From a virus (lineage: Duplodnaviria > Caudoviricetes), in the IMG/VR virus record IMGVR_UViG_3300037310_000230, positions 1 to 42,635 of that record: a stretch of DNA of 42,635 nt. One strand, 5' to 3'. Position 1 is the first letter of the stretch, and each line of letters starts with the position of its first letter. Shown piece by piece: positions 27,172 through 34,837 of this stretch. A model generated the notes under the pieces. It saw nothing but the letters and a program-made list of their open reading frames with translations, was not told the origin of the DNA and searched no databases. The translations under genes and the position numbers were made by a program.

Positions 27172-27368
27172 GCGCCCCGCCGCTCCATCTCGAGCCACCC
27201 CTCCACCTCGTCGAGGCTATCGAACATGCGCAGCTGCCCCCAGCGTGTCGCGTAGAAGCCGCATTGCGGGTCAGTGTGCAGCTCGAACCCGGCCAGTGCA
27301 GCGGTCGCGCGCAACGTCGCGAAACGCTTCGCGTCGTGCTCCGGCAGAGCGATATTGGTGACCGTCAT
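27168..27368 (-). CDS. Hypothetical protein (66 aa)
   Basis: AGGAGG RBS; coupled overlaps; KRFATLRATAALAGFEL..TRWG. Confidence 0.72.
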   Translation of the reverse strand: MTVTNIALPEHDAKRFATLRATAALAGFELHTDPQCGFYATRWGQLRMFDSLDEVEGWLEMERRGA

Positions 27369-28780
27369 GCGGCCTCCTGAAGCGCCGCCCGCTCGGCGTA
27401 GTTCGCCGCGACCACCGCCATCGCGACAGCCGGCGCGACCGAGTTGCCGCACATGCGAACCTGTGCCGCCTTGGACAGCGTGCGGCCGTCTGCGCCGCGG
27501 TCGATCACGTAGCTGTCGGGGAATCCCTGCGCCCGGTACAACTCGCGCGGCTGCAGCATGCGCATGCCGATGTCGGCGATGGCGTACAACTCGCCGTGCA
27601 CAGTCACCAGGCTGAACCGGTCATGCGTCGGGATCGTGTGCAGCGGGTCGCGCAGATCCTGGTCCTGCCCTCCCTGCCCATAGAACTTGGTGAGCAGGGC
27701 GCGAACCTCGGCGTGATGCGTGCCCTGCGCGCTGACGGTGCCGAGTGGGGATTCAGTCGACGCGCTGGCGCTGGTGCCGCGCAGCTTGGCCAGGTGGCTG
27801 GTGACGAGGTGATGATGGTCCTGCGTTGTGATCGTGCTGCATGGCTTGTCGAGCGGCGCACCCGGCGTCTCGTGCCCGCCGTAGTGCTTCGCCAGGAAGG
27901 CCGCCACGAGCGCGTGCTTCTGCCCGTCGACCGCCGTGCCGAGCGGCTCGTTCGCGGCGTGCACGCGGTCGTCGCCTTGGTGCGTCACCGGTACGATGAA
28001 CGGCTGCGCGGCCCCGAGCACGTAGCGCCTGATCCCATGCGCGATGCGCCGCATCGTGGCTTCGGCCAGCGGCCGCGCACGCTCGAAGATGCTCTGGCAT
28101 GGGATCGACCAGTCGATGCACTCGGCCGCAGCGCGGTAAGGCATCAGGCCGGGCCCATGCGACGGCGCTGGCCAGACGATCTGCGCGCCGTCGCAGCGCG
28201 CGACAAGGAACAGTCGCTTGCGGATCGTCGGCGCGCCGTAGTCGCAGGCGCGCAGCTCGCGCCACTCGACCGCGTAGCCAAGCTTGCGCAGCTGGGCGAC
28301 CCAGCGGCGGAATGTGTGCCCCTTGCGCTCCGGGCAAGGCGTGCCGTCGTCGCGCAATGGGCCCCAGTGCTGGAACTCCTCGACGTTCTCGAGCGCGATG
28401 ATGCGCGGCTTGACTTCGCGGGCCCAGCGGCACACGACCCAGGCAAGACCGCGGCGCCGTCGCGCGCGGTTGCGGTCGCGGAACGGCTTGCCACCGCGCG
28501 CTTTCGAATGGAAGGTGCAGTCCGGTGATGCCCACAGCAGGCCGACCGGCCGTCCAGCGGTCACCACGCGAGGGTCGACCTCAAAGACGTCGGACACATG
28601 GTGCAGCGTCTGCGGGTGGTTCGTCTGGTGCAGGCTCACCGCTTCTGGGTCATGGTTGACCGCGATGTCGACGTGCCGCCCGATGGCTTGCTCAATCCCT
28701 GTGCTTGCGCCGCCGCCCCCGGCGAAGAGATCGATCACGAGCTCGTCGGCCAGCGGCAGGATGAACTGGCGTACCGTCAC
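27365..28780 (-). CDS. Orphan DNA (cytosine-5) methyltransferase
   Basis: DLFAGGGG, ASPDC, LENVEEF, RKRLFLVAR, AQGFP, CGNSV; GTG start at 28780; no restriction partner seen. Confidence 0.93.
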   Translation of the reverse strand: MTVRQFILPLADELVIDLFAGGGGASTGIEQAIGRHVDIAVNHDPEAVSLHQTNHPQTLHHVSDVFEVDPRVVTAGRPVGLLWASPDCTFHSKARGGKPFRDRNRARRRRGLAWVVCRWAREVKPRIIALENVEEFQHWGPLRDDGTPCPERKGHTFRRWVAQLRKLGYAVEWRELRACDYGAPTIRKRLFLVARCDGAQIVWPAPSHGPGLMPYRAAAECIDWSIPCQSIFERARPLAEATMRRIAHGIRRYVLGAAQPFIVPVTHQGDDRVHAANEPLGTAVDGQKHALVAAFLAKHYGGHETPGAPLDKPCSTITTQDHHHLVTSHLAKLRGTSASASTESPLGTVSAQGTHHAEVRALLTKFYGQGGQDQDLRDPLHTIPTHDRFSLVTVHGELYAIADIGMRMLQPRELYRAQGFPDSYVIDRGADGRTLSKAAQVRMCGNSVAPAVAMAVVAANYAERAALQEAA

Positions 28781-28974
28781 CGCACCGCCCTCGCCGCACA
28801 CGTCCCCGCCTCCGTCGCATAGCGCCCTATCCCCAGCCGCGACAGTTCTCCACCGCGGAACGTCCGCGGGTAAACCTGCAGCCGCGGATCGATGCTCGGC
28901 GCCGGCGCTGCGACGACCGTGACGGCCGCACGCGGCGGTGCGATCGGGCTGCCCGGCTTCGGGATGTAGCTCAT
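28777..28974 (-). CDS. Hypothetical protein (65 aa)
   Basis: GAGGGG RBS; stop overlaps the MTase start. Confidence 0.6.
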   Translation of the reverse strand: MSYIPKPGSPIAPPRAAVTVVAAPAPSIDPRLQVYPRTFRGGELSRLGIGRYATEAGTCAARAVR

Positions 28975-28992
28975 GCCACCCCCTCAAGTGGG

Positions 28993-29006
28993 ATAGCAAC
29001 GGCTAT
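28993..29006. promoter_or_regulatory. Distal operator ATAGC-AACG-GCTAT
   Basis: Matches RTAGC-N4-GCTAY; intergenic after cro. Confidence 0.7.
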
Positions 29007-29037
29007 CACGATCAACGATGCTCGACGCATGGATGGC

Positions 29038-29301
29038 CTACGCCGCAACGACTTCGGGAGCACCTTCCGCGCCGACCAACTCGGGCCAGATGCGGTGCCA
29101 GTCGTTCGGCCGCAGATCCCAGCGACGCACAGCGCCCCCGGTCTCGCGCTCGATCGCCACCGCGTTTTCCGGCGATGGCACGCGGTCGGCATAGCCGTGC
29201 TGCCACTGGCGGATCTGTGCGTCGCTCTTCACGCCGGTGGCGGCGCGCAGTTGCGCGACCGTCAGCGACCCTGGCCGGCGTAGGTATTCGTTCAGCGTCA
29301 T
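29038..29301 (-). CDS. cro: Cro-like (YdaS-type) HTH regulator
   Basis: QIRQW...PSPENAVAIERETGGAVRRWDLRPNDWHRIWPEL; divergent from the repressor. Confidence 0.85.
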   Translation of the reverse strand: MTLNEYLRRPGSLTVAQLRAATGVKSDAQIRQWQHGYADRVPSPENAVAIERETGGAVRRWDLRPNDWHRIWPELVGAEGAPEVVAA

Positions 29302-29309
29302 GGGGGCCG

Positions 29310-29352
29310 ATTCTGTAGCAGAAGCTACCGGAATGCAAATAGCCAAGGCTAC
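29310..29352 (-). promoter_or_regulatory. PR-like promoter with two operators
   Basis: TTGCAT(29338-29333)-17-CAGAAT(29315-29310); operators at 29315-29328 and 29339-29352. Confidence 0.78.
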
Positions 29353-29377
29353 CGGCCCGATGGATACCTTGTGGCAA

Positions 29378-29809
29378 ATGCCACATCCGCCCGATCAGGA
29401 GTACCGCCGCAGGCGTTTGGATGCCCTAGCGCATCATCCCGACTTTAATAGCCGCGCCGCGCTCGGGCGGGCCCTGGGCTACCGAGACGGGGCCTTCGTG
29501 CGGCAGATGATCGCGGGGGAGCGCCCGATCAGCGAGAAGACGATCGCGGCCGTCGAAACGCTGAGAGGCGGCAAATTCAGGGGCTGGTTCGATCACGGCC
29601 CTCTGGTGGCCAGCGAACCACCTCCCCCGGGCGATTTCACGCGCCGCGCACCGCCGTCGCAGTCGGAATGGGCCGTCCTCGAGGATCTGCGCGTGCTGCC
29701 TCAGAACGAGCGCCAGGCCCTATTGGCAGACGTGCACACCCGCGCCGAGGTGTACCGGGCCTATACACGCGAGGTGTTGGCCCGCGTGGCGAAGAAGGAG
29801 CGATCATGA
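29378..29809 (+). CDS. CI-like immunity repressor (HTH, no S24 peptidase domain)
   Basis: SRAALGRALGYRDGAFVRQMIAGERPISEKT..GWFD; start 29378 (alternative 29360). Confidence 0.8.
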   Translation: MPHPPDQEYRRRRLDALAHHPDFNSRAALGRALGYRDGAFVRQMIAGERPISEKTIAAVETLRGGKFRGWFDHGPLVASEPPPPGDFTRRAPPSQSEWAVLEDLRVLPQNERQALLADVHTRAEVYRAYTREVLARVAKKERS

Positions 29810-30213
29810 TGATCCGACTTGCCCTGGCGGCCTGCCTGGTGGGCTGCGCTACAACGTCAGTCCCCACCGCTGAGGCCTTACCTGTGCCCGCATCTCGGAT
29901 CCTCAACGCAGGATTCGTACAGCCTGCCGCCGGCGCATTCGCTATCACCATCAAGCGCGATGCCGGCATGAATACAGGCGCCTGCGGGACGAAGGTCTGG
30001 ATCAATGGAGCGCCGGTCGCCGAAGTTCGGACCGCCGAAAAGGTCGTTGTATACCTGAAGCCTGGCAGCTACATGCTCGGCGCCGAGACAAACCTGCCCT
30101 GCGCTGGCCGCCTGGCCGAGCTGCAGATGATCGTCGGCCCGAGTCACCCAACAACCTACCGCATGGGCTACGGCACGAGCGGCGAATTCGCGCTTAGCCC
30201 CTCAGCCTTCTAA
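29806..30213 (+). CDS. Lipoprotein co-transcribed with the repressor
   Basis: Lipobox LVG-C; AAGGAG RBS; ATGA overlap with repressor stop. Confidence 0.82.
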   Translation: MMIRLALAACLVGCATTSVPTAEALPVPASRILNAGFVQPAAGAFAITIKRDAGMNTGACGTKVWINGAPVAEVRTAEKVVVYLKPGSYMLGAETNLPCAGRLAELQMIVGPSHPTTYRMGYGTSGEFALSPSAF

Positions 30214-30231
30214 GCGCCCCCCAGCAAGACC

Positions 30232-30254
30232 AGCCCGCCGAGTGCGGGTTTTTT
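30232..30254 (+). terminator. Rho-independent terminator of the immunity operon
   Basis: GCCCGC-CGAGT-GCGGGT followed by a T run. Confidence 0.88.
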
Positions 30255-30274
30255 CACGCCTTCCGTTCGGACGG

Positions 30275-30316
30275 GTAGCGTTTGCTATTGACACGGGCAA
30301 TAGCTATCGCTACAGT
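30275..30316 (+). promoter_or_regulatory. PL-like sigma70 promoter with two operators
   Basis: TTGACA(30288-30293)-17-TACAGT(30311-30316); operators at 30275-30288 and 30300-30313. Confidence 0.88.
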
Positions 30317-30355
30317 CTCTCCCATGCCGCAACGAATGCGGCGGGAGCGACAGAG

Positions 30356-30523
30356 ATGCACACCACCACCATTCACACCGCCTGTGTCCTGGCCCGCGCC
30401 TATGCACGCTACAGCATCCAAGGCGCCTGCCGCCTGCTCATGCAAGCCGGCGTTGCCCTGAACGACGCCGCGCGCTACGTCTTCGCCGTGCTGCGCGCGC
30501 AGCGCTCGCAGGAGGCCGCATGA
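30356..30523 (+). CDS. Early hypothetical protein (55 aa)
   Basis: First ORF after PL; GGAG RBS; coupled to the next ORF. Confidence 0.7.
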   Translation: MHTTTIHTACVLARAYARYSIQGACRLLMQAGVALNDAARYVFAVLRAQRSQEAA

Positions 30524-30855
30524 ACGCCGACCTGACCGAAATTTGCCTCGACGAAGTGTTGGCCGACGTGGGCACCTTCGGCGATTGGCTCGCCGGCGAC
30601 TGCATGGGCAAGACCGCAGACGCCTCCTTCTGCAACCGGCTGGGCTACTACCTGCTGCAGGGCAAGACCGTCGAGGTCGCCAAGGCGCGGCCCTCCGATC
30701 TGCTGTTCGTGCTCATGACCGACACGGACCCGGCGGTGGTGATCAAGGCCCGCGCCGAGCTGCGCGACCGCTACCTCTGCGAGCGATCGTGCGACGTGAT
30801 GGAGAAGGTGTGGGCCGAGCAAGACGCCAAGGCTGCCGAGCGGAGGTTCGGATGA
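30520..30855 (+). CDS. Early hypothetical protein (111 aa)
   Basis: AGGAGG RBS; ATGA overlaps. Confidence 0.78.
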   Translation: MNADLTEICLDEVLADVGTFGDWLAGDCMGKTADASFCNRLGYYLLQGKTVEVAKARPSDLLFVLMTDTDPAVVIKARAELRDRYLCERSCDVMEKVWAEQDAKAAERRFG

Positions 30856-30992
30856 ACCGCTACTACCTGAGCGAGACCGCTCGCGCGCGCCTCGCCGCCG
30901 AGTCTGCCCGCATCCGCCGCGAGCTGGCCGCCAAGCGAGAAGCCCGCGAACTGATCCGCCGACTGACGCAACGCATCGGAGTCATCAAGTGA
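30852..30992 (+). CDS. Early hypothetical protein (46 aa)
   Basis: GGAGG RBS; MNRYYLSETARARL; coupled overlaps. Confidence 0.7.
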   Translation: MNRYYLSETARARLAAESARIRRELAAKREARELIRRLTQRIGVIK

Positions 30993-31222
30993 ACGTCACT
31001 GCCATCGGAGCCCCACGGGGCCGCAAAGTCACAGAGGCCGACCTCGATCGCCGGCAGGCCGAGCGCTCGCACGTCATCGGCATGCACGGCGCCATGAAGC
31101 CGCGCCGCGCCAGCGGCCCGCCGCGCAACACGCGCAACAGCGGCGCGCACCCGGTCGACTGGATCCTGCTGGCCGCGCTGGTCGGGCTGCTGGCTGTGGC
31201 TGCTGCGGGGTGGCTGCGATGA
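30989..31222 (+). CDS. Small membrane-anchored protein
   Basis: C-terminal hydrophobic helix; coupled overlaps. Confidence 0.7.
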   Translation: MNVTAIGAPRGRKVTEADLDRRQAERSHVIGMHGAMKPRRASGPPRNTRNSGAHPVDWILLAALVGLLAVAAAGWLR

Positions 31223-31452
31223 GCATGGTCATGCTACCGAGCGGCCGGCGCGTCTGGCAGACCAGCACCGGCGTGCGCATCGGCCTCCTCGCGCAGCCGC
31301 GGCGCCAGCAGCAGGGCTCGCACGCCGACCTGTGGCAGCGCGTGCTGTGCGCTCAGCTGCCGCGCGAGTGGAGCGAGACGCCGCGAGTCATACCGCTCAA
31401 GCCGCCGCTGTGGCGGCGCATCGTCAGGTGCTTCAAGGGAGTCTTCGCATGA
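31219..31452 (+). CDS. Early hypothetical protein (77 aa)
   Basis: TSTGVRIG motif; coupled overlaps. Confidence 0.7.
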   Translation: MSMVMLPSGRRVWQTSTGVRIGLLAQPRRQQQGSHADLWQRVLCAQLPREWSETPRVIPLKPPLWRRIVRCFKGVFA

Positions 31453-32369
31453 ACGCACACGAAACCTGGCTGCAGGCCCGCCGCACCGGCATCGGTGGCA
31501 GCGACGTGGCCGCAATCCTTGGCCTGTCGAAGTGGAAGACGCCGCTGCAGGTGTACCAGGAGAAGCGCGGCGAGCTCGGCCCTCAAGCCGACAACGACGC
31601 GATGCGTTGGGGCCGCTACCTAGAACCAGTGGTGCGCCAGGCCTACGCCGACGAGACAGGCCGCGAGGTGCGCGTCCCGACTGACATGCTGCGCAGCCAA
31701 GTGCACGACTGGATGGTTGCCAACGTCGATGGCATCGCCGGCGTCGGCAGCCAAGCTGACCCGTTTCGCGTTTTCGAGGCCAAGACCGCGCGCACCGCCG
31801 AAGGTTGGGGCGAGTCCGGCAGCGACCAGATCCCGCAGCCATACCTGCTGCAAGTGCAGCACTACCTGTACGTGACGGCGCTGCACATCGCTGACGTGGC
31901 GGTGCTCATCGGCGGCAGCGACTTTCGGCTCTACGAAGTGCCGGCCGATCGCGAGCTGCAGGACATGCTCGTTGATGCCGAGGCCGAGTTCTGGCAGCGC
32001 GTGCAGAAGGGCGAGCCGCCAGAGCCCGTCACCGTGGCCGATGCCGTCGCCCGCTGGGGCCGCGCAAGCCGTGCCGAAATGGTGCCGGCCGACGACGAGA
32101 CGATGCGCGCCGTCGCTGCGCTGCGCGAGCTGAAGGTGCAGCGCGAACACCTCGACATGGCCGAAGAGCAGTGGAAGGCGATCGTCATGCGCACGCTCGG
32201 CGAGCGCGACACGCTCGTCGGCCCTGACGGCAAGACCCTGTGCACGTGGAAGGCAAGCGCAGCGCCGAAGCGATTCGATACCGCCGCCTTCCGCGCCGCT
32301 CACCCCGACCTCGCCGAGCAGTTCACCAAGGCCGGCGAGCCGAGCCGTCGTTTTCTCCTGAAAGGTTGA
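31449..32369 (+). CDS. YqaJ-like (lambda exonuclease family) recombination nuclease
   Basis: WLQARRTGIGGSDVAAILGLSKWKTP, ANVDG, FEAKT, YLLQVQHY. Confidence 0.95.
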   Translation: MNAHETWLQARRTGIGGSDVAAILGLSKWKTPLQVYQEKRGELGPQADNDAMRWGRYLEPVVRQAYADETGREVRVPTDMLRSQVHDWMVANVDGIAGVGSQADPFRVFEAKTARTAEGWGESGSDQIPQPYLLQVQHYLYVTALHIADVAVLIGGSDFRLYEVPADRELQDMLVDAEAEFWQRVQKGEPPEPVTVADAVARWGRASRAEMVPADDETMRAVAALRELKVQREHLDMAEEQWKAIVMRTLGERDTLVGPDGKTLCTWKASAAPKRFDTAAFRAAHPDLAEQFTKAGEPSRRFLLKG

Positions 32370-32372
32370 CCC

Positions 32373-33419
32373 ATGAACGAAGTCGAGACACGCTTGGCAA
32401 ACCCGTTCGGCGACGTGCCGATCGCCGCCAGACCGAACGGCGGCGCCGTCGCGCAGAGCGACCAGCAGCGCGCCATCGCCGAGGTGCAGGCCGCGATGAT
32501 GATCGCGCGAATGAACCCGCGCGACCCGATCGCGGCAATGGATCGCATCCTGAATGCCTGCACGCGGCCGACGCTGGCCGACGCGGCGGTCTACCAGTAC
32601 AGCCGCGGCGGCAGCGACGTCAGCGGCCCGTCGATCCGCTTGGCCGAAGCGATGGCACAGCAGTGGGGCAACTTCCAGTTCGGCATCCGCGAGCTGGAGC
32701 AGCGCAACGGCGAGAGCACCGTGCAGGCCTTCGCCTGGGACGTCGAGACGAACACCCGGCGCGAGGTCACGTTCCAGGTGCCGCACATCCGCCACACGCG
32801 CCAGGGGTCAAAGCGGCTCGAGGATCCCCGCGACATCTACGAGATGGTGGCGAACCAGGGCGCCCGCCGACTGCGCGCGTGCATCCTGGCCGTGATCCCT
32901 GGCGACGTCACCGAGGCCGCGGTGAGCCAGTGTGAGACGACCATGAAGGCCAAGGCCGACACCTCGCCCGAGGCTGTGCAAAAGATGCTCACCGCCTTCG
33001 CCGAATTCGGTGTCACCCGCGAGCAGATCGAGAAGCGCATTCAGCGCCACCTTGACGCGATCCAGCCGGCGCAGATCGTCGCGCTGAAGAAGGTCTACGC
33101 CAGTCTGCGCGACGGCATGAGCGTCGCCGCAGATTGGTTCGATCCGGTCGAGCCAGCCCCGGGCACTACGCCGTCGAGCGCCGGCGACAAAGTGAAGGAC
33201 GCGATCCGCAAGCGCAGAGAAAAGGCCGTGTCGCCGGCCGCGCAGCAGGCGAAGACGCTGGCCGACTACGTGGCCGCAATCGACGGCGCCACCAGCCGGG
33301 CGACGGCGGAGATCGAACTCGGCATGGCGCGCGACGAGCTGACGCCGAGCGAGTTCGCCGAGCTGGAGCGGGCGTTCGCGATCGCCTGGACCGAAGTGCC
33401 GGGCGGCGAGGTGGCGTGA
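32373..33419 (+). CDS. Probable single-strand annealing protein (by position)
   Basis: Directly after YqaJ; AIAEVQAA..PRD..YSRGGSDVSGPSIRLAE..QWGN..AWDVETN..RRLRACIL. Confidence 0.6.
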   Translation: MNEVETRLANPFGDVPIAARPNGGAVAQSDQQRAIAEVQAAMMIARMNPRDPIAAMDRILNACTRPTLADAAVYQYSRGGSDVSGPSIRLAEAMAQQWGNFQFGIRELEQRNGESTVQAFAWDVETNTRREVTFQVPHIRHTRQGSKRLEDPRDIYEMVANQGARRLRACILAVIPGDVTEAAVSQCETTMKAKADTSPEAVQKMLTAFAEFGVTREQIEKRIQRHLDAIQPAQIVALKKVYASLRDGMSVAADWFDPVEPAPGTTPSSAGDKVKDAIRKRREKAVSPAAQQAKTLADYVAAIDGATSRATAEIELGMARDELTPSEFAELERAFAIAWTEVPGGEVA

Positions 33420-33619
33420 TGGTGACACGCGTCTACCGCATCACCATCGGCGACAACGACCGGCTGGTGCGCGCCTCGCACCCGAGCCAAGCCCTGATGC
33501 ACGTCGCCCGCGACATCGCCAGCGTGTGCGTCGCCAGCCAGCAGGATCTGATCGACTGCCTGGCTGACGGCATCCAAGTCGAAGACATCAAGCCCGAGCA
33601 ACGCGAGCTGCCCGCCTGA
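33419..33619 (+). CDS. Hypothetical protein (66 aa)
   Basis: TRVYRI...RLVRASHPSQALMHVA; GAGG RBS. Confidence 0.75.
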   Translation: MVTRVYRITIGDNDRLVRASHPSQALMHVARDIASVCVASQQDLIDCLADGIQVEDIKPEQRELPA

Positions 33620-33627
33620 GTTTCCAC

Positions 33628-33699
33628 AGGGCGACGGATCGGACGCAAGGTCTCCTCCCTACCGAACGCATTCCCGCTCCATCGCGCAAGCGACGCCCT
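33628..33699 (+). ncRNA. Candidate structured RNA with an anti-Shine-Dalgarno segment
   Basis: AGGGCG/CGCCCT closing stem, TCGG/CCGA stem around CTCCTCCCT, TCGC-GCAA-GCGA hairpin, then a pyrimidine tract. Confidence 0.4.
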
Positions 33700-33752
33700 C
33701 TTTCCCTCTTTACCCCCCGCGGCAAAGCCGTACATCGACAGGAGAAGCCTGA

Positions 33753-34001
33753 ATGAAGCAGATCATCATTGCCCAGCGCGGCTGGGTGTTCGTCGGTGAT
33801 GTCGCCCGTAGCGGCGACGATGTGACCATCACCGACGCACAGTGCATCCGGCGGTGGGGCACCACGAAGGGCCTAGGCGAGCTGGCCAGCAACGGACCGC
33901 AGAAGTCCACCGTGCTCGACAATATGGGCACCGTACGGCTGCACGCGCTGGCCGTGGTCGCGTCGATCGACTGCGAGGAGGACAAGTGGGCCGCGCGCTG
34001 A
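33753..34001 (+). CDS. Small beta-rich protein (DUF6948-like)
   Basis: RGWVFVG...DAQCIRRWGTTKGLGELA..GP; AGGAG RBS. Confidence 0.8.
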   Translation: MKQIIIAQRGWVFVGDVARSGDDVTITDAQCIRRWGTTKGLGELASNGPQKSTVLDNMGTVRLHALAVVASIDCEEDKWAAR

Positions 34002-34255
34002 TCGACGGCGAAGCCGTGGCAACGAGTCGCCGCTACGGCGACGGCTACGGCGACGGCTACGGCGACGGCGACGGCTACGGCGACGGCGACGGCGACGGCG
34101 ACGGCTACGGCGACGGCTACGGCGACGGCGACGGCGACGGCTACGGCGACGGCGACGGCTACGGCGACGGCGACGGCTACGGCGACGGCTACGGCGACGG
34201 CTACGGCGACGGCTACGGCGACGGCTACGGCGACGGCTACGGCGACGGCTTCTGA
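33986..34255 (+). CDS. Gly-Asp/Gly-Tyr repeat protein (89 aa)
   Basis: GAGGAGG RBS before GTG at 33986; 73 codons of GD/GY repeats. Confidence 0.7.
   Translation: MGRALIDGEAVATSRRYGDGYGDGYGDGDGYGDGDGDGDGYGDGYGDGDGDGYGDGDGYGDGDGYGDGYGDGYGDGYGDGYGDGYGDGF
34034..34252. repeat. Tandem array of GGCGAC/GGCTAC hexamers
   Basis: Directly visible; 219 bp. Confidence 0.97.
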
Positions 34256-34308
34256 AAGATCGAAACGCGCGGCTTCGCCGCGCGCACTCCGAAAGGCCCC
34301 TTGCCACC

Positions 34309-34827
34309 ATGTTCGAGATCACAAACCCCACCACCGCCACCCTCGTCTCCATCACCTCGCGCAGCGAGAAGCATGGCGACGACGAAGTGCCGGCCGTGTC
34401 ATACGGCCTCAAGATCACCGGCGCCGCAACGCTGCTCGATCTGCTAGACAAAGATCTGCGCAGCGCGATCTATCACTCGCCGCGGAACAAGACGATAGAG
34501 GGCGTCGATCCGGTGGCGCAGACGCTGCGCTGCGCCGCCATCGAGCACCTGAGCGTGAACGTCGGGCCGTTCGAGGGCTGGACGCTCAACGTCGATCACG
34601 GCATCGACGAGGAGACGCCGATCACGTTCGGCGGCTGCAAGGTCGACAAGTTCAGAATCGCGCCGATCGAAGGCGGCAGCGTCGAACTGAGCCTACGCGT
34701 ATGCACCAGCGACATCAGCGCCGAGGCCGTGGGCCTGATGGCGATGCAAATCGGGCAGGACATCGAGATCACGCTCGTCGCGCCGAAGGTGAAGGCCGAG
34801 GGCAAGCCGACGCTCAGCGCAGGTTAA
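34309..34827 (+). CDS. Hypothetical phage protein (172 aa)
   Basis: SRSEKHGDDEVPAV...PIEGGSVELSLRV; phage-like codon usage. Confidence 0.82.
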   Translation: MFEITNPTTATLVSITSRSEKHGDDEVPAVSYGLKITGAATLLDLLDKDLRSAIYHSPRNKTIEGVDPVAQTLRCAAIEHLSVNVGPFEGWTLNVDHGIDEETPITFGGCKVDKFRIAPIEGGSVELSLRVCTSDISAEAVGLMAMQIGQDIEITLVAPKVKAEGKPTLSAG

Positions 34828-34837
34828 GGCGGCGTCA

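Noticed and set aside
27365-28780. Restriction-modification system
   Set aside because: No cognate endonuclease nearby; orphan methyltransferases are common in temperate phages.
34034-34252. CRISPR array
   Set aside because: Hexamer tandem repeat with no unique spacers and no cas genes.
34266-34284. Hairpin CGCGCGGC-TTC-GCCGCGCG as terminator or nut site
   Set aside because: No U-tract and no recognisable boxA; function cannot be supported.
33873-34451. Arg/Ser-rich protamine-like ORF on the minus strand
   Set aside because: Antisense reading of the GD/GY repeat, against the operon direction.
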